A DNA stretch of 64,000 nt from Rhynchobatus australiae (lineage: Eukaryota): assembly GCA_034780895.1 (NCBI GenBank), contig JAUZTB010000135.1, forward strand, positions 49,271,255 through 49,335,254, in the 5' to 3' direction. Made by a program: the position numbers and the translations under genes. The notes below the pieces were generated by a model. It was given only the letters and a program-made list of their open reading frames with translations. It did no database searches and was not told where the DNA came from. This document shows, in pieces, positions 52,540-64,000 of the stretch. The number at the start of each line of letters is the position of its first letter. Position 1 is the first letter of the stretch.

Positions 52540-53600
52540 CTGTCAGCCACCTTGTCCAGCCCCAGAGTACCAGACTCAGCCACAGACCGTGCTCCTTCCT
52601 CGGGTCGTAGCCGGCAGCGGAGGCGCGTCGGGAAATGAGCGGCTGAGAGGGGCGCCCGTCGGGTAAACCCAGAGGTTGGGAGGGGCCGGCGTGGCGAGCA
52701 GCGAGCGATTCCACAGGCCCGGCCCGGCCGCCTCCCAACCCAGGGGGGAGGGAAACCCTGGCAAGTGATGCCCACCGAGTCCGTGCCGCCCACCAAGCAT
52801 CCACCCCAACTGACCCCTTCCCTTTTTATTTAAATTCTTCCCACAACTTGGAAAACGCTCCGCTGAATTCTCTGCCAGAGGCGGTCACGGAGGTCGCTGG
52901 AGAAAAAAGTTTTGACGGGCAGTCGGTGGCAGTGGTTGCTGGGGGGGGGGTCCCAAGGCTGCCTTAATTCACCCATTACCCATCAAAGTCTCCCGCTATT
53001 CCCCTTTGGCAAGGGTATTAGGCCTAAATATTAGGATAGGTGATGTTGACTTTGAAGCCCGATCTATAGGCCAATATTTCACCCGAAGGCATCGCGACCG
53101 CCATTCCAAGACCCCGAGCAGCGTCGCCATGGAAACGCGACGGGTCTCCCCCGGCGGTACATCACGCCGGCGCCCGTGGTGACGTCATCCCCAATGCAAT
53201 GATCCTCCCGCAACAAGCTCAATGCCGGAGGAACTCAGAGGGTCAGGCAGCGTCTCTGGAGGGCAATGGGCAGCCGGCTGACTCCAGAAGCTGTCCCCCC
53301 ACCCCAATGCTGCCCGACCCGCTGAGACCCTCCAGCGCCTGCGGGCTCCCGAGTCTCACGTGGTCCTTTCGGTGGTTGCCGGGGAGACGCGGTCACGTGG
53401 CCGCGAGCGGGGCCCGCTGCCGCCGCTCGGTGTGGACCGGGTTGTGGGGGCTCTGGTCGGGTGTGCGGCGAGGGGATTCACCGAGCGGATGCTGGAAACA
53501 CGCAGCAGGTCGAGCAGCGGGTGTGAAAAGAGAAATAGAGTTAACTTTTCGTGTCCGAGGCTCTTCGTCAGAGCAGACTCAACGGGAGCCTCCCTGATCA
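52540..53600. promoter_or_regulatory. Second CpG island promoter: X-boxes 53123-53136 and 53375-53388, CRE 53180-53187, E-boxes CACGTG 53357 and 53394
   Basis: GC- and CpG-rich; GTCGCCATGGAAAC, TGACGTCA, TCACGTGG, GTTGCCGGGGAGAC and GTCACGTGG read directly. No coding exon recognised; identity as the FZD6 promoter is a synteny inference only. Confidence 0.75.
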
Positions 53601-53646
53601 GGCCGCAACTTATGTATCCACCTCAAAGCTTTTGGCCCATTCCCCG

Positions 53647-53925
53647 AGCGCCCTCTCGACTGTTCCCAACTCCACTCCCCCAGCGCCCTCTCGACTGTTC
53701 CCAACTCCACTCCCCCAGCGCCCTCTCGACTGTTCCCAACTCCACTCCCCCAGCGCCCNNNNNNNNNNNNNNNNNNNNNNNNNNNNNNNNNNNNNNNNNN
53801 NNNNNNNNNNNNNNNNNNNNNNNNNNNNNNNNNNNNNNNNNNNNNNNNNNNNNNNNNNTCCCCCAGCGCCCTCTCGACTGTTCCTAACTCCGTTCCCCCA
53901 GCGCCCTCTCGACTGTTCCTAACAC
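53647..53925. repeat. 35-bp minisatellite AGCGCCCTCTCGACTGTTCCCAACTCCACTCCCCC, spans an N gap
   Basis: Unit starts at 53647, 53682 and 53717; further copies after the gap. Confidence 0.95.
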
Positions 53926-55413
53926 CATTCCCACAGCCAGCTCCTGCCCCTTCGTGGAAGCCCTCCCACTCCCCATGAATCTGCTAATCCGGAAGCAACA
54001 TCCACAGATGTCTTGAAGCCCCCCAAACATCAAATGTCTCGTCCACCCATCCCTGAGCTCTTGATCTTAATAAAGCCCAAACCACAGCCAGTCCATATCC
54101 CAATCCCCCAAACCCAACCAGTTCTTGACCACAAACTGGCAAGTTACTGGTGGTTCTCTCTCACCAACAACAGCACTGACCCAACCTCACTTCTGGACAC
54201 TTCCTTCACATGCTCTGCAAAGTCACTTGCGTGAAAGGGTCATTTGATAGTGCCTGTGTTTTGAAGCAGTGGTTCCATTTGTTCCAGTGGTTATTGCATT
54301 GCAGAATAATTAATGCACTCCAGTGGGCAACAAAGAGTTTCTAATACCCATTACAAATTAGAAGTACATTATATTAATATTAAAATAAAGTTCTTTGAGG
54401 CTCAAAATCATAGCCAATATATTCTAATATCTGCTGGCAATGCTTTAAGGAGTGTTGCATTGGGATTGGAGCTGTCAAGCAAATACTTGTATTTCCAGCT
54501 TGATATTGCCTGGTAAATTAAGTTGGTTTGAAAAAAAACAAGAATTATTTTTGGTTATGATGCTGCTGAAACTTGCAGTATTTACCAACATTACCCGAGG
54601 AACCAGTAGCAGCTTCAGGATTTTCATATATGAATAGTTATATATGAATAGGGAAGCCTAGAAGTTGCTGTATTTGATTCATTTTCTCCTTCACAAACTA
54701 CACTGTTTTGTAGTCTTCTCTGCCACAGTCAAGAGAAATTGGTTGAATAAAAGAAAACTTTGGGTATTTACACACTGCTTTTGCTGTGAAAAGCCATGAA
54801 AATGTTATCCCTGTTACAGACCAAGGTGTATTTTTAAAGACATACTAAGAATCTACTTCTGCACAGCAAGCTCTGTGGTCCTAAAATACTACTTCCTTGT
54901 GGATTGTAATACTTCCAAAATGTAACAATTTAGTAGTTAAAAATGACTTTTTTTAATCTTTGGGACATTTATGAATAATATTTCAGCTTCCCCATTACTT
55001 TTATGAAAATGTTCCATCTATTTTCTACTCTGTAAAATGATTAAAATATCAGCTTTAAAACTGTGTTTTTAAACTTAACTTGATTTGTTTCTGGAGAAAA
55101 CTGCTCAGCCACTTTGAAAACATCTTATTTGCTGGACACCAGGTCGCTGTTGAATTAATGCTTGACATCAACCAGCAGGAAAAATAGTAGGTAACTTTGG
55201 GGTCAATAGTGAATGATGTCACTTTCCTACTGACTTCAAACTTCAGGCCATTTCTGTATGCTGTACACAAGAATGCAACAGTACGCTCTGAAAAGTAAAA
55301 AAAAATGCTGGAAAGCTGAAATAAAAACATAAAGCACTGAAAATATTCAGCAGGGCAGGCAGCATCTGCAGAGACAGAAATAAGTTAACGATTCATTAGT
55401 GAAATAGTTTGAT

Positions 55414-55640
55414 TGGGCGGCACGGTAGCGTAGCATTAGCGCAACGCTATTACAGCGCCAGTGATCTGGGTTTGATTCCTGTCACTGTAAGGAATTTGTA
55501 CATTCTCCTGTGTCTGCATGGGTTTCCTCCAGGTGCTCTGGTTTCCTCCCACAATCTAAAGATGTACGGGTAGGTTAATCTGGGGTTTAAAATTGGCGGC
55601 GCGGACTTGTTGGACCAGAAGGGCCCATTACCAAGTTGTA
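55414..55640 (+). mobile_element. tRNA-derived SINE, relatively young
   Basis: gggcggcacggtagcgtagc (A-box-like), gggtttgattcc (B-box-like), core ggtttcctcccaca, CR1-like tail gggcccattacc. Confidence 0.85.
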
Positions 55641-58600
55641 AGTAAAATTTAAATAATAGGAAAGAATGTACTGATTCCTCTCCTGCATATGAAGGTTTCT
55701 CTTTCAAAAGAAAAATGAAATCAGTTTTTAATGTGATAGTGGATCTATCCATTTGTTCTTCAGAATCAAGTCACTCGGTGAGTCAACTTGAATGGATTGC
55801 CGAAAAAACATTTTTTTTTGTCTCTAGGCTTGAATCTATATCTGGAATGAAATCAGATGATTATTCTATATAACATGAGCAGCAATGTTTGGAAAAATCA
55901 GATCATGGTGTCATTTTCTTCACACCATTTTACAATTCAGAACTAGAGAAAACTAGCAAATCATCTTTCTTCCCTTGCAGACACACAAAGGCCAAACAGA
56001 AGTAGAGCCCTGAAAGCTGTGGAACTGAAAGAATGGAGCAGGTTGCAAAGATCAAGGCAAGATCATAAGATTTGATGATGAGGCTATCATTAAAAAAAAG
56101 GAATGTTGCTTAAATAGTACTCTGTGCGGGACAGAATAAAGAAGGGTGGCATCATCAACCATAACAAATACCAGAACAATAATCAATCCCAATTACAAAG
56201 TATTTTGTAAGTGAGTTTGTACACGATGGTCTTGATACTGCAGCCTGGTAGAAGATGGAAGGAGATCTTTTAGGTTGAAAGAAGAGATCTTTTAGGTTAA
56301 AAGAAAACAATGATCTTAAAGAACAGTAAGTATTTGGATAACATGCAAAAGTGAAGGACAGACTGAAGAAATGCCTAACACAATTCAGGGAAGGAGAGGG
56401 ATCCTGTCAGAGTAAAGAAGGTAAGTGCAAGGCTGTGGGCAGCAGTTAAATAAGCAGTAGCTGAGTTGAAGGTGGATCGATGGAGTAGGAGGTTGGCTTC
56501 ATAAACTTTGAAAGTGCAAGGAAGGAAGGAAGAAAAAGTATCCAATGATGGGCAATTGGATGTTGGGGCCAAAGGCTGGGCATGGAATGATGGCAGTCTA
56601 TAAGATCCTTTAATGTGAAGCTTGGGTAGTAACTTTGCTCCTCCCGATTCACAGTAAGTTACTGTTCCATCAGACCCCACCAGCTTGGGACCTTAGAAGG
56701 CTGCAAGTGCCTCAATGTCTCAGTCATAAATAAGAAAACAAAACAATGAATAAAACTGGAAATAAAATAGTTGATGCTAAGTTAGCAGGTCCAGCAGCAG
56801 CTGCAGAGAGAGAAAAAATAACATTTTATCTGAACGCTCAGCAACCTGAAATGTTAACCCTGTTTCCCTCTCATAGATGTTGGCTAACTATTTACAGCAT
56901 TTTCTGCTTTTAATTTAGATTTCAAGCATCTGCAGTTTTGATGAGTAAAATTGATTTTTTATTTTAATTTTATCTATTTCTAAATTGAATAAATAGGTTT
57001 CTATTCCATAGAGCTTAGAAGAATAAAAAGTCACTTCACTGAAATGTGTAATATTCTGAGTGGGCTTGGGAAGATGCTGAGACAGACCCCTCCAGCTGCA
57101 AAGTTTTAATTTGGGGAAAATAACTTTAGAGCAGGGAGTCAGCCATATATGAATAAAGATGAGGAGAAATTTCTTCTAACCTTGTCCTTGCTAATCTATT
57201 TATAACAGATGCACAGCCATTATGGAGACAAAGCCCTGCCTTCACAGAGGAAACCCACTGTGCTAAACTCCATATTATCAAGAATTATGTAAGCATCTCC
57301 AGTCTGGACATCAATATAGTGCTGCTGGCCATCAACAGCAATTGACTTGCAGTCAAAATGAAGCCTTGGGGTAGGTAGTCTGACAAATATAATTTTGCTT
57401 GATGATTCACAGTATTTGTACTGTAATAACTCCTAGCCATTGTCTACACCGCACAGTTTTAGCAGCCTAGTTGTCAGGGTTGGGGAGTTTTTTTCTGCCA
57501 TTTTCTGACAAATCCTGAAAATGTCAATAACTCAGTAGATTTTGACTACCATGGAAGTTTATAGTATAGAAAGAGGCCATTCAGCCTGCTATATCCTTTG
57601 AAAGAGCAGTTATGATTATTCCCATGTACACTTTTAATCTATAAATTCATAAGATTCTCATCCTCCGGTACCTGATCATAACAACCATGAGTTGGAAAGT
57701 TTGTGTTCTCTCTTGTTCTATTCCAATGATTCTGGCTCTAGTCTTTGACCTACTCACCCGTGAGAATTATTTTCCCTTTCTTCTCCATGAATACATCATT
57801 TTGGAAGCCTCTATTAGGTGACCTCTTAACCTTCTGTTTTGAGAGCTGAAAAATCCTTTCACAACTGCTTCTCATAACTGAAATCTCTCATTCGTGGTAA
57901 GCTCTTTTCCACCCTATGTGAGGCCTTTATGTCCTTATTGAGAATCATGTTGCCCTTCATTGTTCATAACCAATTTCTAACCATTTATAAACTTACATTA
58001 TGATCTTATTGCCCTTACATTCAACTCCTTGATTTGTAAACCCCAATAATCTTTTGATAATCTTCAAAAATATGCATTGTCCACCAAAGTTAACATAAAA
58101 GGCATGATGCTCAAAATATTCAAGAGAAAATTTAATGGCTGCCATGCATTGTGCCAGCCTAAAGCAGACCTGGGAACTTATTTTATTGGTCAATGGACTA
58201 AATTTTTCAAAATTGGATTGTTCCCCAGGTTTAATGTTCCATTAATCCAAATGTCAATGTTGGCGTATTATGCACTATAATGTGAGTGCTGTGTTACATG
58301 GTAACAGATGGTAGGTATTTGATGTAACCTCATTAGATTTTACAGATAGTCAATGAGTACTGCAGCCTGCATCTAGAAATTCATAGGGTCACGATTTTTG
58401 TTTGTCCAAGAACAGCTGTTGCATATTTACAAATGTCATTAAACTATGGCATTCAATGGCTGAATGAGACTAATGTGTTATTTAATTCTGCCTAGGCTTA
58501 ATTCTTTGATAGTCTACAAATAACATGCCACCTACACCAAGTTACCAAGTTGGAAACTATAGATAAGAAGATTTTTTGTTTGGCTGCCCAGTGGAAATCT

Positions 58601-59699
58601 TGTTAGCTAACAGACTGAAAATGCCTAGCCGCTTGATGTATGTTCTCTGCCATACCCAGCCCAAGTTGTTGTGCAGCAGCCTTGTCCTGTGTCTCTTTAA
58701 TTATATTTGTGTGTTTTAATATAAGAAAATACATAGGAACTGATCATAATTATGATTGACAACTGTGCATATTATATTACATGTTCTAATTATTTTCTAT
58801 AACCCAAGAGGCCTTAGTCTCTCTGTCGTTTCCAGTTGTCACACCACAAATACCAAGCCTCCCCACGTCCCCCCACCTACCCCATCACTTCTCCTCCCAT
58901 TTTAATATTTGCCTCTGTCCTTATTTTAGGAATCAATGGAGGCTGTTACAGGAATTGGCAGCAGATCCTCAGCACATGAAATAGCCAGTGACCAAGTAGT
59001 GTTTTCATCTCTGTGAAACCACATAATGCATTTCTGTTAGAAACAGAGAAGGACATGGAAAGTATTCTATGTAGTGGCTTTCAGACTATGGAAACAATAT
59101 CTTCTGTTGTTTCATAATTTTAAATTTCAAAATTTTAGAGAAGACACAGATTCAAGACTTTGAGGTCTAGGAAGGACTGGTGCCCACAGACTGAAACTAT
59201 CCTCTCGTGGAACTATAGCTCATTTCCAAGTTGCTGGCCTTATTGCACTATGACAGTAAAATATAGGAGGTGACACTTTGCTTCCCTGGAGCAAACACCA
59301 GAAATGTAAACAGCAGAAATTCCCTGCTAGTAGCAAGTGACCTGAGTCTCATTTCATTCATGATGCTGGCCTTTTTCTTTCTAAAGATGAAAAAAAATCA
59401 CATGTCGACATGAGCAAAATGCATGGTATTAGGCAAAAAGGTCACCTTTCCAGGATACTCAAAAAGAATGTGCACTGGCTGTGCTTTGTTAATGGTAGTG
59501 AACTGAGTCACACAGGAAAGGTTGCTACTACTAATTGCTGAGTTGTTCACTGCAGTGATGAATAGAAGTATTTTTATGTGATAGCAAAGAGGACGCAGTG
59601 AATTAAAAGATATCTCTTCTTGGAAGGTGGTGGGAAAACATGATAAGATGGCAATGTCAAAAGCAGTGGCCAAGAAATTTTATCACATTGTGCAGTATT

Positions 59700-60145
59700 T
59701 ATACATGCACAATATTGTCGCAAAAGGCTAAGCAAGTACACAAAGTACTTAGGAAAACTAACTGAATGTTATTATTTATTGCAAGGGGAATTGAATGCAA
59801 ATATTGGGAAGTTATGCTTCAGATGTATCAGGCATTGGTGAGACCACATCCAGATTACTGTGTACAATGCTGATCTTCTTATTTAAGGAAGGATATTAAT
59901 GTACAGGAAGCAGTTCAGTGAAGGTTTAGTAGTCCGATATCAAGAATAGGCAGGGTGTCTTGTAAGGAAAGGTTGAAGAGACAAGACTTGTGGTTACTGG
60001 AGTTCAAAAGAATGAGAGGAAGCTTGATTTAAATATATAAGATCTTGACGGGTGTTGACAGAGTAAATGTTTCCTCTTGCAGGGGAATCAAGAGCAAGAG
60101 ATTATTGTTGAAAAATAAGGACTGCTCATTTAAGATGGAGGTGAG
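59700..60145 (+). mobile_element. CR1 LINE 3' fragment
   Basis: ALVRPHPDYCVQ...LEFKRMRGSLI, decayed CR1 C-terminus. Confidence 0.75.
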
Positions 60146-61689
60146 GTGTAGCCCTTAACATAATGGGGTAAATGTGTAGATGCAAATCTGTAACTTTGAT
60201 GTACATAGTTTGGGGTGATTATCGGGGTAGGGGGAATGCTCCTGCTTGCTTCCACCTTGCATATACTTCCACAGGAGAAAAGGTTTTAGCAATGAGATTT
60301 CACCTCCTTAATAGCAATAGCAATAACCAAGTTAATGCATCCTTGAATAGCAGAGTTTTATATAATAGTGATTATAAGCATTCATGACACTTGATCTGTG
60401 GAGGACTATAAAATATACATTTAAGGCTGCAAAGGTCCTCATAATGAACAATTTAACTAATGCTGTCCTGCAGCTCTTTTGAAGAATTTTTCTGGGAACA
60501 CACAATCAGGGATGAGGCTTTAATACTCCTTCCTTTCTAGTAATTTTCTTCATTAAAAGGTTTGCCAAAGGTCAGATTTCGCAGCATAAAGGAACCAAGA
60601 AAACTTCCATGATAACTTCCAGACATATAGATCTGAAATAGTTGCCCTTGTTTATTCATTATTTAAATACGGCTGGAATTTCAGTGATGAAATCTCTTTT
60701 ACTTTCCATACTATAAGTATTATTACACAATTTCTCCATGTCTGCATGCTTTTCTCTGTCCTCTAACTGAAGGCAACTTTAATGCATGCATTGTAAAAGG
60801 TTGTAGTTCCTGACCAAATATTGGATAATTGGCATGCCAAAGACTAATCAATTCACTATGTGAAAGAAACATCCGACATTGTGTGATTAGCCTGAGAATA
60901 ATTTTGCTGCAGTTGCTTATATACACAGTGAAAATCTTATTTAAGTTAATATAACTAAATAGATTCTTGAAAAAAAACACCACAGAGATGAGTCAGTGTT
61001 AAGCCTCCAGTTGTGCATGCTAATGCATATTTATTCCATTTAGTGTGAAGTTCTACTCAACTCACATTTTTTGGTTCAGCTGTGTATTTCTGTTATGAAT
61101 ATTGACTTCTATTCATACTTGCTACTTTTTATTGATAGCACCTCCCACCCCAATCCTGCCAAAAGCAATAAATGAAAGAGAAGTAATTGATTAACTTTTA
61201 CTGGCAGTAAATGGGTAAATCGTAACCACGCATTCTGGCTCCTAAAAACCTGGTTCTTGAGAGGCAGAGTATTAGAGAAGGAATTTGAGACAGAACCCAT
61301 CTACAGCAACAATTTCTATTTATGTAGCACATTTAACCTTACAAAATGTCACAAGGCACTTCAAAGGAATGATATCAAACAGAACTTGACACCAAGCTAC
61401 TTTAGCAGGGCAGATGTCAAAAATGTTATTGAAAGTGATTGAAAGTGATTAGTCAAGTAAATGAAAGATCAGATAAGTGAAAATTATGGGGAAGAGGGGT
61501 TGAGACCAGCATCCATCAGCCATGATCAAATTGAATGGCAAGGCTGGAGGGGCCTGGGGGCCTACTGTGCCCCTATTTTCTTGAGTTCTTGTGATGGTTT
61601 AAAGCAGGACCCTAAAGGAGTAGAGATGAGAGGGACTTGGAGCATTAGGGAAGTAATTCCAGGGCTTACCAAAGGGAACTGAGGGACTG

Positions 61690-63307
61690 TTGTGCACTAT
61701 GTCTCACTGAAACATAGCTTACACCTGCTTCACCTGACTGTGCTATTCAACCTGAGGACTTCTCAATTCATTGAATGGACCGTACAGCGTCCTCAGGCAT
61801 AGTTAAAGGCAGAGGGGTCTGCTTCTTAATAACTTATGGTGCTCAGACGTGATGGTCCTCGCGAGTTCCTGCTCACCCAGCCTGGAATATCCAACAGTGA
61901 AGTGTCGACCATTCTATCTGCCAAGGGAGTTCACTTCAGCTATCCTGATGGCAGTCTACATCCCACCACAGACGGACTTGAAGCCCGCACTCAATGAGCT
62001 ATACTCCATGGTCAACAACCTTGAGACAGGATAACCTGAAGCCCTCTTCATTATCGCAGGGGACTTCAATCAGGCCAACCTCAGGAGTGTGTTACCAAAA
62101 TACTCTCAGCACATCTCCTGCTCCACCAGGGGCGCCAACACCCTCGACCACTGCTATACAATTATCAAAGATGCCTTCCGAGCCACCCCTCATCCTTACT
62201 TTGGGAAATCAGACCAGCAGGCCGTGCTCCTTCTCCCTGCATACAAGCAGAAACTGAAACAGGAGGATCGGTACAGAGAGTCATGCAGTGCTGGTCCGAG
62301 GAAGCAGATAAGCTCCTATGTGACTGCTTTGAGTCAGTGGACTGGTCCATGTTCAAAGACTCAGCTGCCAGCCTTGATGAGTATGCCAGCACCATCACAG
62401 ACTTTATCAGCAAGTGTGTTAAGGACTGTGTACCAAAGAACATAATACGGGTGTTCCCAAACTGGAAAACATGGATGAACTGGGAGATCCACTCCCTACT
62501 AAAGTTGAGGACTGCTGCACAAAGCTGGTGATCCTGATCTGTACAAGAAATCGAGATATGACCTTCGGAAAGCTATTAGGGATGCCAAGGGACAATACTG
62601 GTTCAAAATAGAGTCCCAGACCAACCATCAATTATGGCAGGGCTTACATGCCATAACAGGCTACAAGACGAAGACGGGCTGCATAGTTAACCATAGTGCA
62701 TCCCTTCCGGATGAACTTAACACATTCTATGCACATTTTGAACAGAAGGGAGTTGGATTGTCACCACCCACCCTGATAGTCTCCAATGCAACTGAACCCG
62801 TAGTTACCGTTGAGGACGTAAGATCAGTCTTCCGGAGAGTGAACACGAGGAAAGCACCTGGCCCAGATGGTATCCCTGGCCGTGTGCTCAGATCTTGTGC
62901 TAATCAGCTGGCAGAAGTATTTGCAGACATATTTAACCTCTCCATGCTTCAATCTCAGGTTCCCACCTGTTTTAAGAAGACCACTCTCATCTGGGTATCA
63001 AAGAAAAGCAAGGTAACATGCCTCAATGACTACTGACCAGTAGCTCTGACATCCACCACCATGAAGTGCTTTGAGAGGTTGGTCATGGCACGCATTAACT
63101 CCAGCCTCCCAGACAACCTGGACCCACTGCAATTCGCCTACCACTGAAACAGGTCTACAGCGGACACCATCTCCTTACACTCAACTCTGGAGCATCAGAA
63201 CAGTAAAGACGCCTACGTTAGACTATTGTTTATTGACTACAGCTCTGCCTTCAATACAATAATCCCAAGCAAACTTGTCACCAAACTCCAAGACCTAGGA
63301 CTCAACA
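61690..63307 (+). mobile_element. Rex1/Babar-like LINE, AP endonuclease + RT N-terminal part, with stops and frameshifts
   Basis: [67 protein letters not shown]. Confidence 0.92.
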
Positions 63308-64000
63308 NNNNNNNNNNNNNNNNNNNNNNNNNNNNNNNNNNNNNNNNNNNNNNNNNNNNNNNNNNNNNNNNNNNNNNNNNNNNNNNNNNNNNNNNNNNNN
63401 NNNNNNNGCACTGTGTAATGAATTGACCTGTACGATCGGTACGCAAGACAAGTTTTTCACTGTACCTTGGTACAAGTGACAATAGTATACCAATACCAAG
63501 AGCTAAGCCAGCTAAAAACACAGGTGCAGAAGGTGGAACAATGAGACATGAATTAATAGAACACAGAGACCTCTGTTGCAGGACTAGAGAAGGTTAAAAA
63601 GATAGGAAGAGGTGAAGGTAAGGGATTTGAAAGCAAGGAGTAGATTTTTTTCAATCAAGGCATTATTTAGCCATGAGGTAATACAGACCATCAAGCAAAA
63701 ATGTGATGGGATTTGATACAGCATTGTTTCAGATGGGATCATATCTAATGGAAAGTATGAGGTGGAGGACAAGACAAATGCACGGATGCTATGTCATTTG
63801 CACTGACCCTTAACATTCTGATAAATGGTGATGATGATAGCCCCACTTCCTTCTTTCTGAACAGAAGATTAAGGAACATGAGATGTTTTGCATCATTACT
63901 CAACCTTCTCTCCACATTGCATTGCTATGACTTGCTAACTAACAGTTCAGACAGAGCATTACTGATCCAGGCTGGCCATGCAAATATCCTTATTACTTGC

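Noticed and set aside
52257-53887. Several 120-180 aa ORFs in the second CpG island
   Set aside because: Expected from stop-codon scarcity in GC-rich and minisatellite sequence; none resembles FZD6 or another known protein.
53647-53925. CRISPR-like appearance of the 35-bp repeats
   Set aside because: Units are head-to-tail with no unique spacers, and the context is vertebrate DNA; it is a minisatellite.
55414-55480. tRNA-like sequence
   Set aside because: It is the head of a SINE continuing into the SINE core and tail; no complete cloverleaf.
56262-56305. 22-bp tandem duplication gagatcttttaggtt(g/a)aaagaa
   Set aside because: Real, but an ordinary slippage duplication with no sign of function.

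Overview
Vertebrate genomic DNA from a gapped scaffold. The repeat content (CR1, Rex1/Babar, Penelope-like, RTE, L1, L2, tRNA-SINEs) suggests a cartilaginous fish; this taxon call is an inference. The only recognisable host gene is BAALC on the + strand, with three coding exons (21540-21726, 34253-34434, 40922-41035; 160 aa), a CpG-island promoter and a probable ~4 kb 3' UTR. A second CpG island at ~52.5-53.6 kb carries RFX X-boxes, a CRE and E-boxes; it is probably the promoter of the next gene (FZD6 by human gene order, but no FZD6 coding sequence is visible). Most of the rest is decayed transposable elements. The most notable structures are a four-level nested insertion containing a non-coding LTR element with a perfect 5-bp TSD, a decayed Gypsy provirus in BAALC intron 1, a ~300-bp-arm inverted duplication, and a perfect 18-bp hairpin in the putative BAALC 3' UTR. 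I see no evidence of a novel multi-gene system; nearly all other track ORFs are TE remnants, N-gap artefacts or noise.
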